A DNA stretch of 32,000 bases, from contig CP060262.1 in NCBI GenBank assembly GCA_022646745.1, forward strand, positions 2,670,001-2,702,000, given 5' to 3'. Position numbers and translations under genes: made by a program. The notes under the pieces are model-generated. The model saw only the letters and a program-made list of their open reading frames with translations. It did not search any database and was not told where the DNA came from. Below are positions 16,521 through 25,045 of the stretch, in pieces (the first letter of the stretch is position 1; every line of letters starts with the position of its first letter). The DNA comes from Planctomycetales bacterium (lineage in GTDB: Bacteria > 4484-113 > JAFGCY01).

Positions 16521-16552
16521 GGCCCGCTGTAATGGCGGGCCTTTCTGTTTTC
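16521..16552 (+). terminator. attenuator terminator upstream of argG
   Basis: GGCCCGC (16521-16527) pairs with GCGGGCC (16535-16541), followed by TTTCTGTTTTCT. It lies between the leader ORF and argG. Confidence 0.6.
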
Positions 16553-16606
16553 TAGCGTCAATCAGCCCCGGATCATTCCCTCATAACACCCAGGCAGGAG
16601 CAACTG

Positions 16607-17824
16607 ATGAACGACTATGCAGGCAAACCACTGGCGGTACTGGCCTTCTCCGGTGGTCTTGATACATCTTTTTGTGTTGTATGGCTCATTGAGCAGGGCT
16701 ATCGTGTCCATACTGTGCATGTGAACACCGGTGGCTTTGATGCCGCCGGCCTCGCTGCCATCGAGCAGCGGGCATTGCAGTGCGGTGCCCAGCAGCATGC
16801 CAGCATTGACGCCCGGGCCGACTTGTTCCAGTCGCACCTGCGCTACCTGCTGTTTGCCAACGCGCGGCGCGGTGCGGGATATCCGTTGTGTGTCTCTTCG
16901 GAGCGGCTCTGCCAGGCGCGGCACGCAGCTAAGTATGCTGTGGAGAATAAGGCTGATGCGATCGTGCATGGCAGTACCGGTGCCGGCAATGACCAGCTGC
17001 GCTTTGACACAGTGTTCGGGGTGATGGCTCCCGGCATCAGGCTACTCACACCGATCCGTGATCTGGCCCTCAGTCGCGAACAGGAGGTGGCCTACCTGGC
17101 AGGGCATGGCGTGGAAGTGGATGCCAGCACGGGATCCTACAGCGTGAACGCCGGAATGTGGGGTATGACCATCGGAGGCAGGGAAACCCATGGCAGCTGG
17201 GAAAGCCTGCCTGCTGAAGCATGGCCAGATGCGGCCTCTTCGCAGGTTGCTGTCCGGGAAATCATCATCGGTTTTGAGCAGGGCATTCCCATATCAGTCG
17301 ATGGCACGTCCATGCCGCCCGTGGAACTGATCGAGATGCTCAATACAGTCGGCGGGCAATTCGCAATCGGCCGCGGCATGCACCTCGGAGACACCGTGCT
17401 TGGCATCAAGGGCCGCGTGGCCTTCAGTGCCCCGGCTGCCCACATCCTGATTGAAAGCCACCGTGAACTGGAGAAACTTACACTGAGTGCCAGCCAGCAG
17501 TTCTGGAAGGAGACGCTTGGCAACCTCTACGGCCGGATGGTGCATGAGGGCCAGGCGCTTGATCCGCTCTGCCGCGACCTGGAGGCTATGCTCGAATCCA
17601 GCCAGCGCATGGTCAGCGGTGAGGTCCGCGTCAGGCTGCAGGATGGTTACATGCAGGTGCTGGGCAGCCGTTCGCCGCATTCGCTGATGGCGCTGCAGCC
17701 CGCTGCATATGGCGAGCAGTCCACTGGCTGGAGCGGGGATGAGGTCGCTGCCTACAATAAGCTGCATGCAATGCAGCAGAAGCTGTGCTGGGCCCAGCAG
17801 CAGCAGGCGGAGGCTGCGCAATGA
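16607..17824 (+). CDS. argG: argininosuccinate synthase
   Basis: 405 aa. Contains AFSGGLDTSF (N-type ATP pyrophosphatase motif), YPLCVSSER and HGSTGAGNDQLRFD. These variants look like the Bacteroidota-type ArgG as I remember it. Confidence 0.92.
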   Translation: MNDYAGKPLAVLAFSGGLDTSFCVVWLIEQGYRVHTVHVNTGGFDAAGLAAIEQRALQCGAQQHASIDARADLFQSHLRYLLFANARRGAGYPLCVSSERLCQARHAAKYAVENKADAIVHGSTGAGNDQLRFDTVFGVMAPGIRLLTPIRDLALSREQEVAYLAGHGVEVDASTGSYSVNAGMWGMTIGGRETHGSWESLPAEAWPDAASSQVAVREIIIGFEQGIPISVDGTSMPPVELIEMLNTVGGQFAIGRGMHLGDTVLGIKGRVAFSAPAAHILIESHRELEKLTLSASQQFWKETLGNLYGRMVHEGQALDPLCRDLEAMLESSQRMVSGEVRVRLQDGYMQVLGSRSPHSLMALQPAAYGEQSTGWSGDEVAAYNKLHAMQQKLCWAQQQQAEAAQ

Positions 17825-18888
17825 GGATCAGGGCTGACAAGATCGCCAGTGTGACGCGTGGGCTGTCGCTGGACAGCCAGCTCTCACTGGGCAGTGAGAT
17901 ACTCTGCCGGGAGGGAAGTGTCGTCGCATGTCGCGTGCTCAACGACAAGTCCACCTACCGGCAGCTGGAGGACATCCACGGCCGAATGACCTCAGTCAAG
18001 CGCGGAGACGTGATCGTCGGTGTGCTTGGCAACCGGCAGGCCCTGCATGGCTATGAGGGCCACGTGCCTGAATCGCTGGCAGTCGGCGACAGGTTGCAGC
18101 TGCTGAACCTTGGCGGGGTGATCGGAGTCTGCACCTCAGCCAATCCTGAAGTCGGTCCACCCTTTGAACTGGAACTGCTGGGCCAGGTCCAGAGCTATCC
18201 CGGCTTCCAGTCGCGGCGTCCGGTGGCAGCGGAGATCAGCCAGCCTGATGCAGGCTTGCCTGAGCTCAGTAATATCCCGCCGATCGTTCTGATCTGCGGC
18301 AGCTGCATGAACAGCGGCAAGACCGTGGCCGCCAGTGCGATCGTCAGTGAACTGTGCCGGGCCGGCCTGCTGGTTGCTGGCGCAAAGCTGACTGGCGTAT
18401 CCCTGCTGCGTGATGTGCTCTCCATGAAGGACTACGGCGCTGCCAACGTGATGGATTTCACCGATGCCGGATTCCCGAGCACGGTACCCAGCAATGCCGT
18501 GATGGCTGCCCGCCGCGTGGTCAATGGACTGTCGCAGTTCAAGCCGCAGGTGATTGTCGTGGAAATGGGAGACGGGATCTTTGGCACCTATGGTGTGCAG
18601 CAGATCCTTGACGACAGCAGCATCGCCGGCTGCATCAAGGTGCTGGTGTACTGTGCGAATGACCCGGCCGGAGCCTTCGGTGGGGCCCGCCAGCTGCAGG
18701 AGCGGCACGGGCTGGCGCTTGATGTGGTCAGTGGTCCTGTGACCGACAACCAGGTCGGACGACGCTATATCGAGGAGGAGCTCGGATTGCCTGCAATAAA
18801 TGCAAGAATGGATGCGGCGGCACTCGGTGGGCTGGCATTACAGGCGCTGGGCTACGGTCCTGCTGGAGGCGGCGATGCGACAGATTGA
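17821..18888 (+). CDS. uncharacterised P-loop protein embedded in the arg operon
   Basis: ATG 17821 overlaps the argG stop (ATGA). 355 aa. The N-terminal ~150 aa look beta-rich (GSVVACRVL...KRGDVIVGVLGNRQ). A Walker-A-like motif ICGSCMNSGKT follows, then a hydrophobic strand with acidic residue VIVVEMGDG. The 3' end overlaps argC by 14 nt. Confidence 0.6.
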   Translation: MRIRADKIASVTRGLSLDSQLSLGSEILCREGSVVACRVLNDKSTYRQLEDIHGRMTSVKRGDVIVGVLGNRQALHGYEGHVPESLAVGDRLQLLNLGGVIGVCTSANPEVGPPFELELLGQVQSYPGFQSRRPVAAEISQPDAGLPELSNIPPIVLICGSCMNSGKTVAASAIVSELCRAGLLVAGAKLTGVSLLRDVLSMKDYGAANVMDFTDAGFPSTVPSNAVMAARRVVNGLSQFKPQVIVVEMGDGIFGTYGVQQILDDSSIAGCIKVLVYCANDPAGAFGGARQLQERHGLALDVVSGPVTDNQVGRRYIEEELGLPAINARMDAAALGGLALQALGYGPAGGGDATD

Positions 18889-19933
18889 CGTGATCATCAT
18901 CGGAGCCAGCGGCATGGGAGGCGGTGAGCTGTTGCGCTACCTCATGCAGCATCCACTTGCCAATCCCATTCAGCTTGTCAGCCGCAGCCGGGCAGGGGAG
19001 TCCGTCGCGTCAGTCCATCCGCATCTCGGAGCCTATGCACAGATGCGCTTTGAGGCCAGTCTGGGACTGCCCTCAGGCGAATCCAGCGACCCGCTTGTCA
19101 TCTTCTGCGCGATGGGACATGGCGAGTTTGCCCAGTCCTGGCCAGCGCTGCGCGACCAGCTGGAGTTGCTCAGGAAGCACAGGAGGGTAGTCGTGATCGA
19201 CATCTCCGCTGACTTCAGGCTGAGTGACCCTACAGCATGGCTCAAATACTATTGTGAGGCGCATCCCTGCCCGCAGTACCTGGATGATTTCGTCTACGGC
19301 CTGCCGGAACATGCCCGGGACGCAATCGCCATCTCAGACCGGATTGCCAGTCCAGGCTGCTTTGCCACCGCGATCAACCTCTGCCTGCTGCCACTTGCCG
19401 GCAGAATAAGCAGCAAGCATGTAGCCATCGCTGCCATGACCGGCAGCAGCGGCTCCGGCAATCGTCCATCAGAAGGCACGCACCATCCATTCAGGGCGCA
19501 TGACCTGCGCGCTTACCAGATGCTGCGCCACCGGCACCAGGCTGAACTGGAGATGATGCTGGCAGCCCGTGGCAACAAGGATGTGCGGATCTCCTTCGTG
19601 CCCCACAGTGCCCCGCTGGTGCGCGGGATCTTTGCAACGGTGATGATTGACTGTGACAGTGCCGCCGAAGCGCGTGAGCTGGCTGGACTGGTTGCCAGCA
19701 GCTATGAGGGCGAGCCATTCGTGCATTACACTACCGCCTCGCCACGTGTGGCTGTGGTTGCCGGCAGCAACATGGCACAGGTCACGGTCAGCAGTGAGGA
19801 TCGCAGCCTGCTCGTGATGTGTGCGATTGACAACCTTGGCAAGGGCATGGCTGGGCAGGCAATCCAGAACATGAACATCGCACTCGGGCTTGATGAAACC
19901 AGCGGGCTGCAGTCAGCGGCGGTCTACCCCTAG
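18875..19933 (+). CDS. argC: N-acyl-gamma-glutamyl-phosphate reductase
   Basis: The internal ATG 18875 gives MRQIDVIIIGASGMGGGELLRYL, a Rossmann NAD(P) fold. The catalytic Cys motif is ASPGCFATA. C-terminal motif: DNLGKGMAGQAIQNMN. Confidence 0.9.
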   Translation: MRQIDVIIIGASGMGGGELLRYLMQHPLANPIQLVSRSRAGESVASVHPHLGAYAQMRFEASLGLPSGESSDPLVIFCAMGHGEFAQSWPALRDQLELLRKHRRVVVIDISADFRLSDPTAWLKYYCEAHPCPQYLDDFVYGLPEHARDAIAISDRIASPGCFATAINLCLLPLAGRISSKHVAIAAMTGSSGSGNRPSEGTHHPFRAHDLRAYQMLRHRHQAELEMMLAARGNKDVRISFVPHSAPLVRGIFATVMIDCDSAAEARELAGLVASSYEGEPFVHYTTASPRVAVVAGSNMAQVTVSSEDRSLLVMCAIDNLGKGMAGQAIQNMNIALGLDETSGLQSAAVYP

Positions 19934-19936
19934 GAG

Positions 19937-20935
19937 ATGGCAATGCGACACATCACACACATCAGGGATCTTGGAGTAGATGGAGTCAGCCGCGTGCTGG
20001 ACCGGGCACTGGGCTGGAAGACCACTGCACCTGGCGCTATCTTCAGCGGCCGGATCCTTGGCATGCTGTTCTTCAACCCCTCACTGCGCACAAGGGCCTC
20101 CTTTGAGGCTGCCATGCTGCGGCAGGGCGGCCATGCGATAGTCATCGACGTGAACTCCGGCAGCTGGAAGCTTGAAACCGCGGATGGAGCAGTGATGGAT
20201 GGCGACAGGCCGGAGCATATCCGTGAAGCCATCCCCGTACTCGGCGGCTACGTGGACGCGCTGGCAGTGCGCTGCTTTGCCGACGGCAATCCGGCAGTGG
20301 ACGTGCAGGACCAGCTGATGCACAGCATCCGGGCCCACAGCCTTGTGCCCGTCGTCAGCATGGAGTCGGCACGGGAGCATCCCTGCCAGGGCCTGGCTGA
20401 CATGCTGACAATCCGCGAACACTGTGGCGAACTGGCAGGCAGGAAAGTGACACTGAGCTGGGCGCCACACATCAAGCCGCTGCCGCAGGCCGTGCCGAAC
20501 AGCTTCCTGCTGAGTGCCGCAGCAGCGGGCTGTGAGATAACGGTTGCCCATCCGCCCGGGCTTGAGCTGCAGGATGAGGTGCTGAGTGAAGCACAGCAGC
20601 TTGCGCAGGAAAGCGGTGCACGGATCAGCTTTCGCAATGACCAGCAGGCAGCCTGTGCTGATGCGGAAGTGTTATATGCCAAGAGCTGGGGTGGAGCAAC
20701 GGATCTGGATTTCGCCGAGCTTGCAAGGCAGCATAGCGGTTGGCAGGTCACGCGCAGCCTGCTTGAAGCAGGCAATGTGCGCAGCAAACTGATGCACTGC
20801 CTGCCGGTCAGGCGCAACGTGGTGCTCAGTGACGACGCGCTGGACTCGGAGCTGAGCCTGGTGGCACCGCAGGCGCACAACCGCCTGCATGTGCAGCGCA
20901 GCCTGCTGCATGAAGTGTTCAACGGAGGAAACTGA
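19937..20935 (+). CDS. argF: N-acyl-L-ornithine carbamoyltransferase (AOTCase/SOTCase family; Pro92 suggests succinylornithine type)
   Basis: 332 aa. Contains FFNPSLRTRASFE, VMDGDRPEHIRE, HPCQ, YAKSWG, HCLPVRRNV and HNRLHVQ. These match the remembered Xanthomonas AOTCase motifs (FFNPSMRTRTSFE, VMDGDTEEHIAE, HCLPLRRNV, ENRLHVQ) rather than a classical OTCase. Confidence 0.85.
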   Translation: MAMRHITHIRDLGVDGVSRVLDRALGWKTTAPGAIFSGRILGMLFFNPSLRTRASFEAAMLRQGGHAIVIDVNSGSWKLETADGAVMDGDRPEHIREAIPVLGGYVDALAVRCFADGNPAVDVQDQLMHSIRAHSLVPVVSMESAREHPCQGLADMLTIREHCGELAGRKVTLSWAPHIKPLPQAVPNSFLLSAAAAGCEITVAHPPGLELQDEVLSEAQQLAQESGARISFRNDQQAACADAEVLYAKSWGGATDLDFAELARQHSGWQVTRSLLEAGNVRSKLMHCLPVRRNVVLSDDALDSELSLVAPQAHNRLHVQRSLLHEVFNGGN

Positions 20936-21810
20936 TGCACGGATACTATGAATTCCTGCGGACAGCGACGCCCTATGTGCGCGCCAACCGAGGCCGGCTG
21001 TTCGTTGTCAAGCTTGGCGGCGAGATGCTGGACGACCCGCGCATTGCCAGCCAGATCCTTGAGCAGGTGGCGATGCTGCAGCACCTCGGCATAAACATGA
21101 TGCTCGTGCATGGCGGTGCGCCGCAGATCGCCAGCCTCTGTGGGCGGCTTGGATTGCCCGTGCAGATGCACGCCGGCCGCCGCATCACGGATAAGCAGGT
21201 GCTGGAGGCGGTTTCCATGTCACTGTGCGGCAGCATGCAGTCGCACATCTGTGCCGAGCTAACGGCCCTCGGAGTACGGAGTGTCGGTGTCAGCGGAGCT
21301 GATGCCGGCCTCGTGGTTGCCAGTCGCCGTCCGCCGGTGGATGACGGCAGTGGCAACATGGTGGACTTTGGGGAGGTCGGCGACATCACCGACATTGACG
21401 CTTCGCTGATCGCTACACTCAGTGACAACGGCTTCTTGCCGGTGGTGGCCCCGCTGGCCAGTGACGGAGCCGGGCAGCTGCTGAATATCAATGCAGATAC
21501 AGTTGCCGCCGGTCTGGCGGTTGCCTGCGGTGCTGCCAAGCTGATCTTCATGATGAGACCAGCCGGAATCCTCGCCAATGCTGATGACCCGGGCAGCCTG
21601 ATCCCGGAACTCAGCCTTGCGGAACTGAAGGCACTTGAGTCAGATGGATCAATCAGTGGCGGCATGCTGCCGAAGTCGGCTGCCACGCACAGCGCCATTG
21701 CTGGCGGGGTGGAGCGCGTGCACTTCGTCAGCGGCCTGGCTGAGGATGCTCTGCTGCGTGAGATCTTCACCAATGAAGGCAGCGGCACGATGGTGGTGCC
21801 GGATGCTTGA
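20935..21810 (+). CDS. argB: N-acylglutamate kinase
   Basis: 291 aa. The start overlaps the argF' stop by 1 nt. Contains VVKLGGEML, LVHGGAPQI and NINADTVA, amino-acid kinase family motifs. Confidence 0.9.
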   Translation: MHGYYEFLRTATPYVRANRGRLFVVKLGGEMLDDPRIASQILEQVAMLQHLGINMMLVHGGAPQIASLCGRLGLPVQMHAGRRITDKQVLEAVSMSLCGSMQSHICAELTALGVRSVGVSGADAGLVVASRRPPVDDGSGNMVDFGEVGDITDIDASLIATLSDNGFLPVVAPLASDGAGQLLNINADTVAAGLAVACGAAKLIFMMRPAGILANADDPGSLIPELSLAELKALESDGSISGGMLPKSAATHSAIAGGVERVHFVSGLAEDALLREIFTNEGSGTMVVPDA

Positions 21811-22861
21811 TCTGCTGGCACAGCTCGTTTCCATCCGCAGCCTGTCGCGTGAGGAACATGCCTGCGCGGACTTCGTCGAGGGCTGGGCCAGGGATGCCGG
21901 GTTCAGCCCCCAGCGGATTGCCAACAACATCGTGTTTGTGCTTGGCAGTGGTGGGCCGCGCCTGATGCTGAATTCGCACATCGACACTGTACCGCAGTGC
22001 AGCGGCTGGCTAGCCGACCCCTGGACCCCGCGAATTGAGGGTGGAAGGCTGACGGGGCTTGGTGCCAACGATGCCAAGGGCTGCGTGACGGCGATGCTGC
22101 TGGCTGCCCGAGAGCTGGCCGAACAAGGCTGGGACGGACCAGGCACGCTTGTAGTACTGATCAGCGCTGAAGAGGAGATCGGCGGTGAGAATGGCATCCA
22201 GCTCGCCCTGTCGCAGCTGGCGCCGATGGATGCCGCCATCAACGGTGAACCGACAGGGCTGGCTCCCTGCAATGCGCAGCGTGGCATGCTGCTGCTGGAA
22301 TGCAGCAGCCATGGCAATTCCGGGCATGCGGCACATGCACACAAGCTGGGTCTTGAAAATGCTGTGCATGCCGCAGCCCGCGACATCAGCTGCCTGAGTG
22401 AAATGCAGTTTGAACCATATGAAGAGGTCTACGTAACCCGGCCACAGGTCACGGTTGTCAAGGGCGGGCTGAGCCACAACCAGGTGCCGGACCTATGTGA
22501 GTTCCAGGTGGACATCCGCACCACACCGAACCTTGACCATGACGAGACCCTGGCATGGATCCGCAGCCAGCTCTCATGCGATGTGCGCTGCCGCTCGGCT
22601 CGCTACCTGCCGGTCAGTACATCGCGCAGCCATCCCGTTGTCAGGGCGGCAGTCGCGGCCAGCGGCAGGGAGACATACTTCAGCGACACATGCAGCGACT
22701 GGTCGCTGTACGGCGGCATCCCGACAGTCAAGCTTGGACCGGGTGAAAGCCCGCGCAGCCACCGTCCCGAGGAATACATCCTCGAGTCGGAACTGCTCGC
22801 TGGCGTGGAGATCTACCGGGAAACTGTTTTGCGTTTCTTCGAGGAGGCTGGCAATGAGTGA
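21803..22861 (+). CDS. argE: M20-family deacylase (ArgE-like; predicted acyl-citrulline/acyl-ornithine deacylase)
   Basis: The internal ATG 21803 gives MLDLLAQLVSIRSLSREEHACADFV. Contains LNSHIDTVP, GANDAKG and SAEEEIGG, the M20 metal ligand motifs. It overlaps argB by 8 nt. Confidence 0.8.
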   Translation: MLDLLAQLVSIRSLSREEHACADFVEGWARDAGFSPQRIANNIVFVLGSGGPRLMLNSHIDTVPQCSGWLADPWTPRIEGGRLTGLGANDAKGCVTAMLLAARELAEQGWDGPGTLVVLISAEEEIGGENGIQLALSQLAPMDAAINGEPTGLAPCNAQRGMLLLECSSHGNSGHAAHAHKLGLENAVHAAARDISCLSEMQFEPYEEVYVTRPQVTVVKGGLSHNQVPDLCEFQVDIRTTPNLDHDETLAWIRSQLSCDVRCRSARYLPVSTSRSHPVVRAAVAASGRETYFSDTCSDWSLYGGIPTVKLGPGESPRSHRPEEYILESELLAGVEIYRETVLRFFEEAGNE

Positions 22862-24200
22862 TGGACAACTATGGAGCAAGCAGCTGCCGCTGGACCGGCT
22901 GGTGCATCGCTTCACCGTCGGCAACGACCACCTGCTGGACCTGCAGCTGGTGGGCTGGGACCTGTACGGTACTGCAGCGCATGCCAGGATGCTGGGCCGG
23001 CAGGGACTGATTCCCGCTGCTGACGCTGACAGCATCATCGCCGGCCTCAGGCAGATCATGCAGCAGGTTGATGCCGGTGAATTCGTGATCACTGCCGAAC
23101 AGGAGGATTGCCATACTGCAATTGAGCAGGCGCTACGTGGGATCTGTCCGGCAGCGGCTGGCAATGTGCACCTCGGCCGGTCCCGCAATGACCAGGTGCT
23201 GACTGCACTGCGGCTGTATATGAAGCATGCCGTGTTCAGCATCAACCAGGATCTCGGCGCACTGGCAAGTGAGTTCAATTCGCAGGCAGCTTCCCATATG
23301 GAGATGCTGATGCCGGGCTACACGCACCTGCGCCGTGCGATGCCGAGTACGGTCGGCCGCTGGCTGCTGGCTTTCAGTGCCGGACTGCTGGAGGAGCAGC
23401 ATGCCGAATCAGGACTGCTGCAGCGGATTGACAGCTGTCCGCTGGGGAGCGGCGCTGGCTTCGGCCTGCCACTGCCGCTGGACCGGCAGTACACAGCCGA
23501 GCTGCTTGGTTTCAGCCGGGTGCAGCTCAGCGAGATTGACTGCGCCAACTCCCGCGGACGCCATGAGATTGCGCTGGCGGGCTGGATCTGTTCCATCGGC
23601 AACCAGCTGGAGAAATTCGTCTGGGACCTGAGTCTTTACAGTACCGAGGAGTACGGCTTCGTCAACCTGCCGGATCAATTCACAACCGGATCATCCATCA
23701 TGCCCCAGAAGCGCAATCCGGATGTGCTGGAACTGATGCGCGGCCGGATCGCCCAGTTGCGTGCCTGGCGTAATGAACTGGAACAGGTGCACAGTGGACT
23801 GCCTTCCAGCTACCACCGTGACTACCAGCTGCTGAAGCCGGCCCTGTTTGCCAGCGTTTCCGGCATCCTGGAGCTGCTGGCAATCTGCCGCCACATCCTG
23901 CCTGGGCTGGAGTTCCACCGGGAGCGGATGCTTTCAGCCTGCACGTCTGAGCTGTTCGCCACCGAGGAGGCTTATCGCAGAGTTCGGCAGGATGGTCTCG
24001 CCTTCAGGGATGCATACAAGCAGGTTGGCATCGAAGTCGTGGGTGGCAAAACAGGATTCTCAGTAGATGCAGCCAGCTGGCAAATTCCGGATGACTGGCA
24101 GATTGATGTGGAAACCATCGGTAGCGAGATCACTGTGCTGGCGTCTGGCAATGCAGAGCTGTCGGCTAATTTTATGAAGCAGCTCGACTCGCTGCTGTAG
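22854..24200 (+). CDS. argH: argininosuccinate lyase
   Basis: The internal ATG 22854 gives MSDGQLWSKQ... Contains TAAHARML, HLGRSRNDQV and the fumarate-lyase signature GSSIMPQKRNPD. It overlaps argE by 8 nt. Confidence 0.92.
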   Translation: MSDGQLWSKQLPLDRLVHRFTVGNDHLLDLQLVGWDLYGTAAHARMLGRQGLIPAADADSIIAGLRQIMQQVDAGEFVITAEQEDCHTAIEQALRGICPAAAGNVHLGRSRNDQVLTALRLYMKHAVFSINQDLGALASEFNSQAASHMEMLMPGYTHLRRAMPSTVGRWLLAFSAGLLEEQHAESGLLQRIDSCPLGSGAGFGLPLPLDRQYTAELLGFSRVQLSEIDCANSRGRHEIALAGWICSIGNQLEKFVWDLSLYSTEEYGFVNLPDQFTTGSSIMPQKRNPDVLELMRGRIAQLRAWRNELEQVHSGLPSSYHRDYQLLKPALFASVSGILELLAICRHILPGLEFHRERMLSACTSELFATEEAYRRVRQDGLAFRDAYKQVGIEVVGGKTGFSVDAASWQIPDDWQIDVETIGSEITVLASGNAELSANFMKQLDSLL

Positions 24201-24204
24201 ATTC

Positions 24205-24993
24205 TCATTCTTCCCGGTCCCAGATGAAGTTGTGGATGCTTTCCAGGTAACGCCATTCGCTGGGCAGGATGATGTTGCCCGTTTCATTGTGTTCGGCAAG
24301 TGAGTCCGCATAGCACATCAGGCTGCGCCTGTCCTCGATGTGTGGCAATCCAAGTGTGTGTCCGAGCTCATGCTGGATGATCTGGTGCCACAGTTCACGC
24401 TGGCGCTCCCTTGTGTACTTCACACCGCGCAGGATGCGGTAATTGCTGGCAACACAGGCCGGTCCGCCGATCTGGGCCTGGCCGAACAGCCAGTTGTGGT
24501 CTGCATCCGTCAGGTCATGAGGACTGATGCCGATCACGCGGAAGTAGCGCCGGTCATGATCTTCGCGCAGCCAGTCCAGCATGCGATCCGTCAGGTATTG
24601 CCCACGCTTGCTGTCATAGCAGTCTTCCGGGATTGCCAACGGACCCAGCACCTCAAATTCAAATGGGAATACGGAGGCGAGGGATTCAGGCAGCTGGTCA
24701 AGCTCAGCCTGGCTGAACCAGTCAGTTCTGGCCGCATCAGTATTGCCTGGCGCATGCAGGGGCAGGATGGCAATCCGCAACTGGCGGCTGTGGATTGGCA
24801 GTTTTGTCGTATCTGCAAGCTGCGCCGGCGGAACCGCCGCTGCGGCACTTTCCCTGCCGGCAAGCCAGGCAGCGGCTGGCATGGCAAAGAGCAGGATTGC
24901 CACTGTCACCCGTCCCCATGAGATCCCGTGATTCCTCCTATCCTTCGAAGCATCGGCGCGCTCGGCACCGACAGGTTCTTTTCCTGTCTGCAT
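24205..24993 (-). CDS. membrane-anchored zinc metallopeptidase, archaemetzincin (M54)-like
   Basis: 262 aa. SD GGGAGG lies before the ATG. N-terminal TM segment VTVAILLFAMPAAAWLAG. Contains LFGQAQIGGPACVASNYRI followed by HELGHTLGLPH, i.e. HExxHxxGxxH. It lacks the C-terminal Cys4 site of canonical archaemetzincins. Confidence 0.6.
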   Translation of the reverse strand: MQTGKEPVGAERADASKDRRNHGISWGRVTVAILLFAMPAAAWLAGRESAAAAVPPAQLADTTKLPIHSRQLRIAILPLHAPGNTDAARTDWFSQAELDQLPESLASVFPFEFEVLGPLAIPEDCYDSKRGQYLTDRMLDWLREDHDRRYFRVIGISPHDLTDADHNWLFGQAQIGGPACVASNYRILRGVKYTRERQRELWHQIIQHELGHTLGLPHIEDRRSLMCYADSLAEHNETGNIILPSEWRYLESIHNFIWDREE

Positions 24994-25045
24994 GGCTGTC
25001 CTCCCGATAGCGGGTAGACAATCCCAGGCCCAGCTTTGTTCCAGT

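Noticed and set aside
16304-16606. Possible small RNA or tRNA in the 300-nt gap before argG, and in the 11302-11776 gap.
   Set aside because: I can find no cloverleaf arms or a GTTCGAATC-type T-loop. The 16.3-16.6 kb gap is fully accounted for by terminator, promoter, leader ORF and attenuator hairpin.
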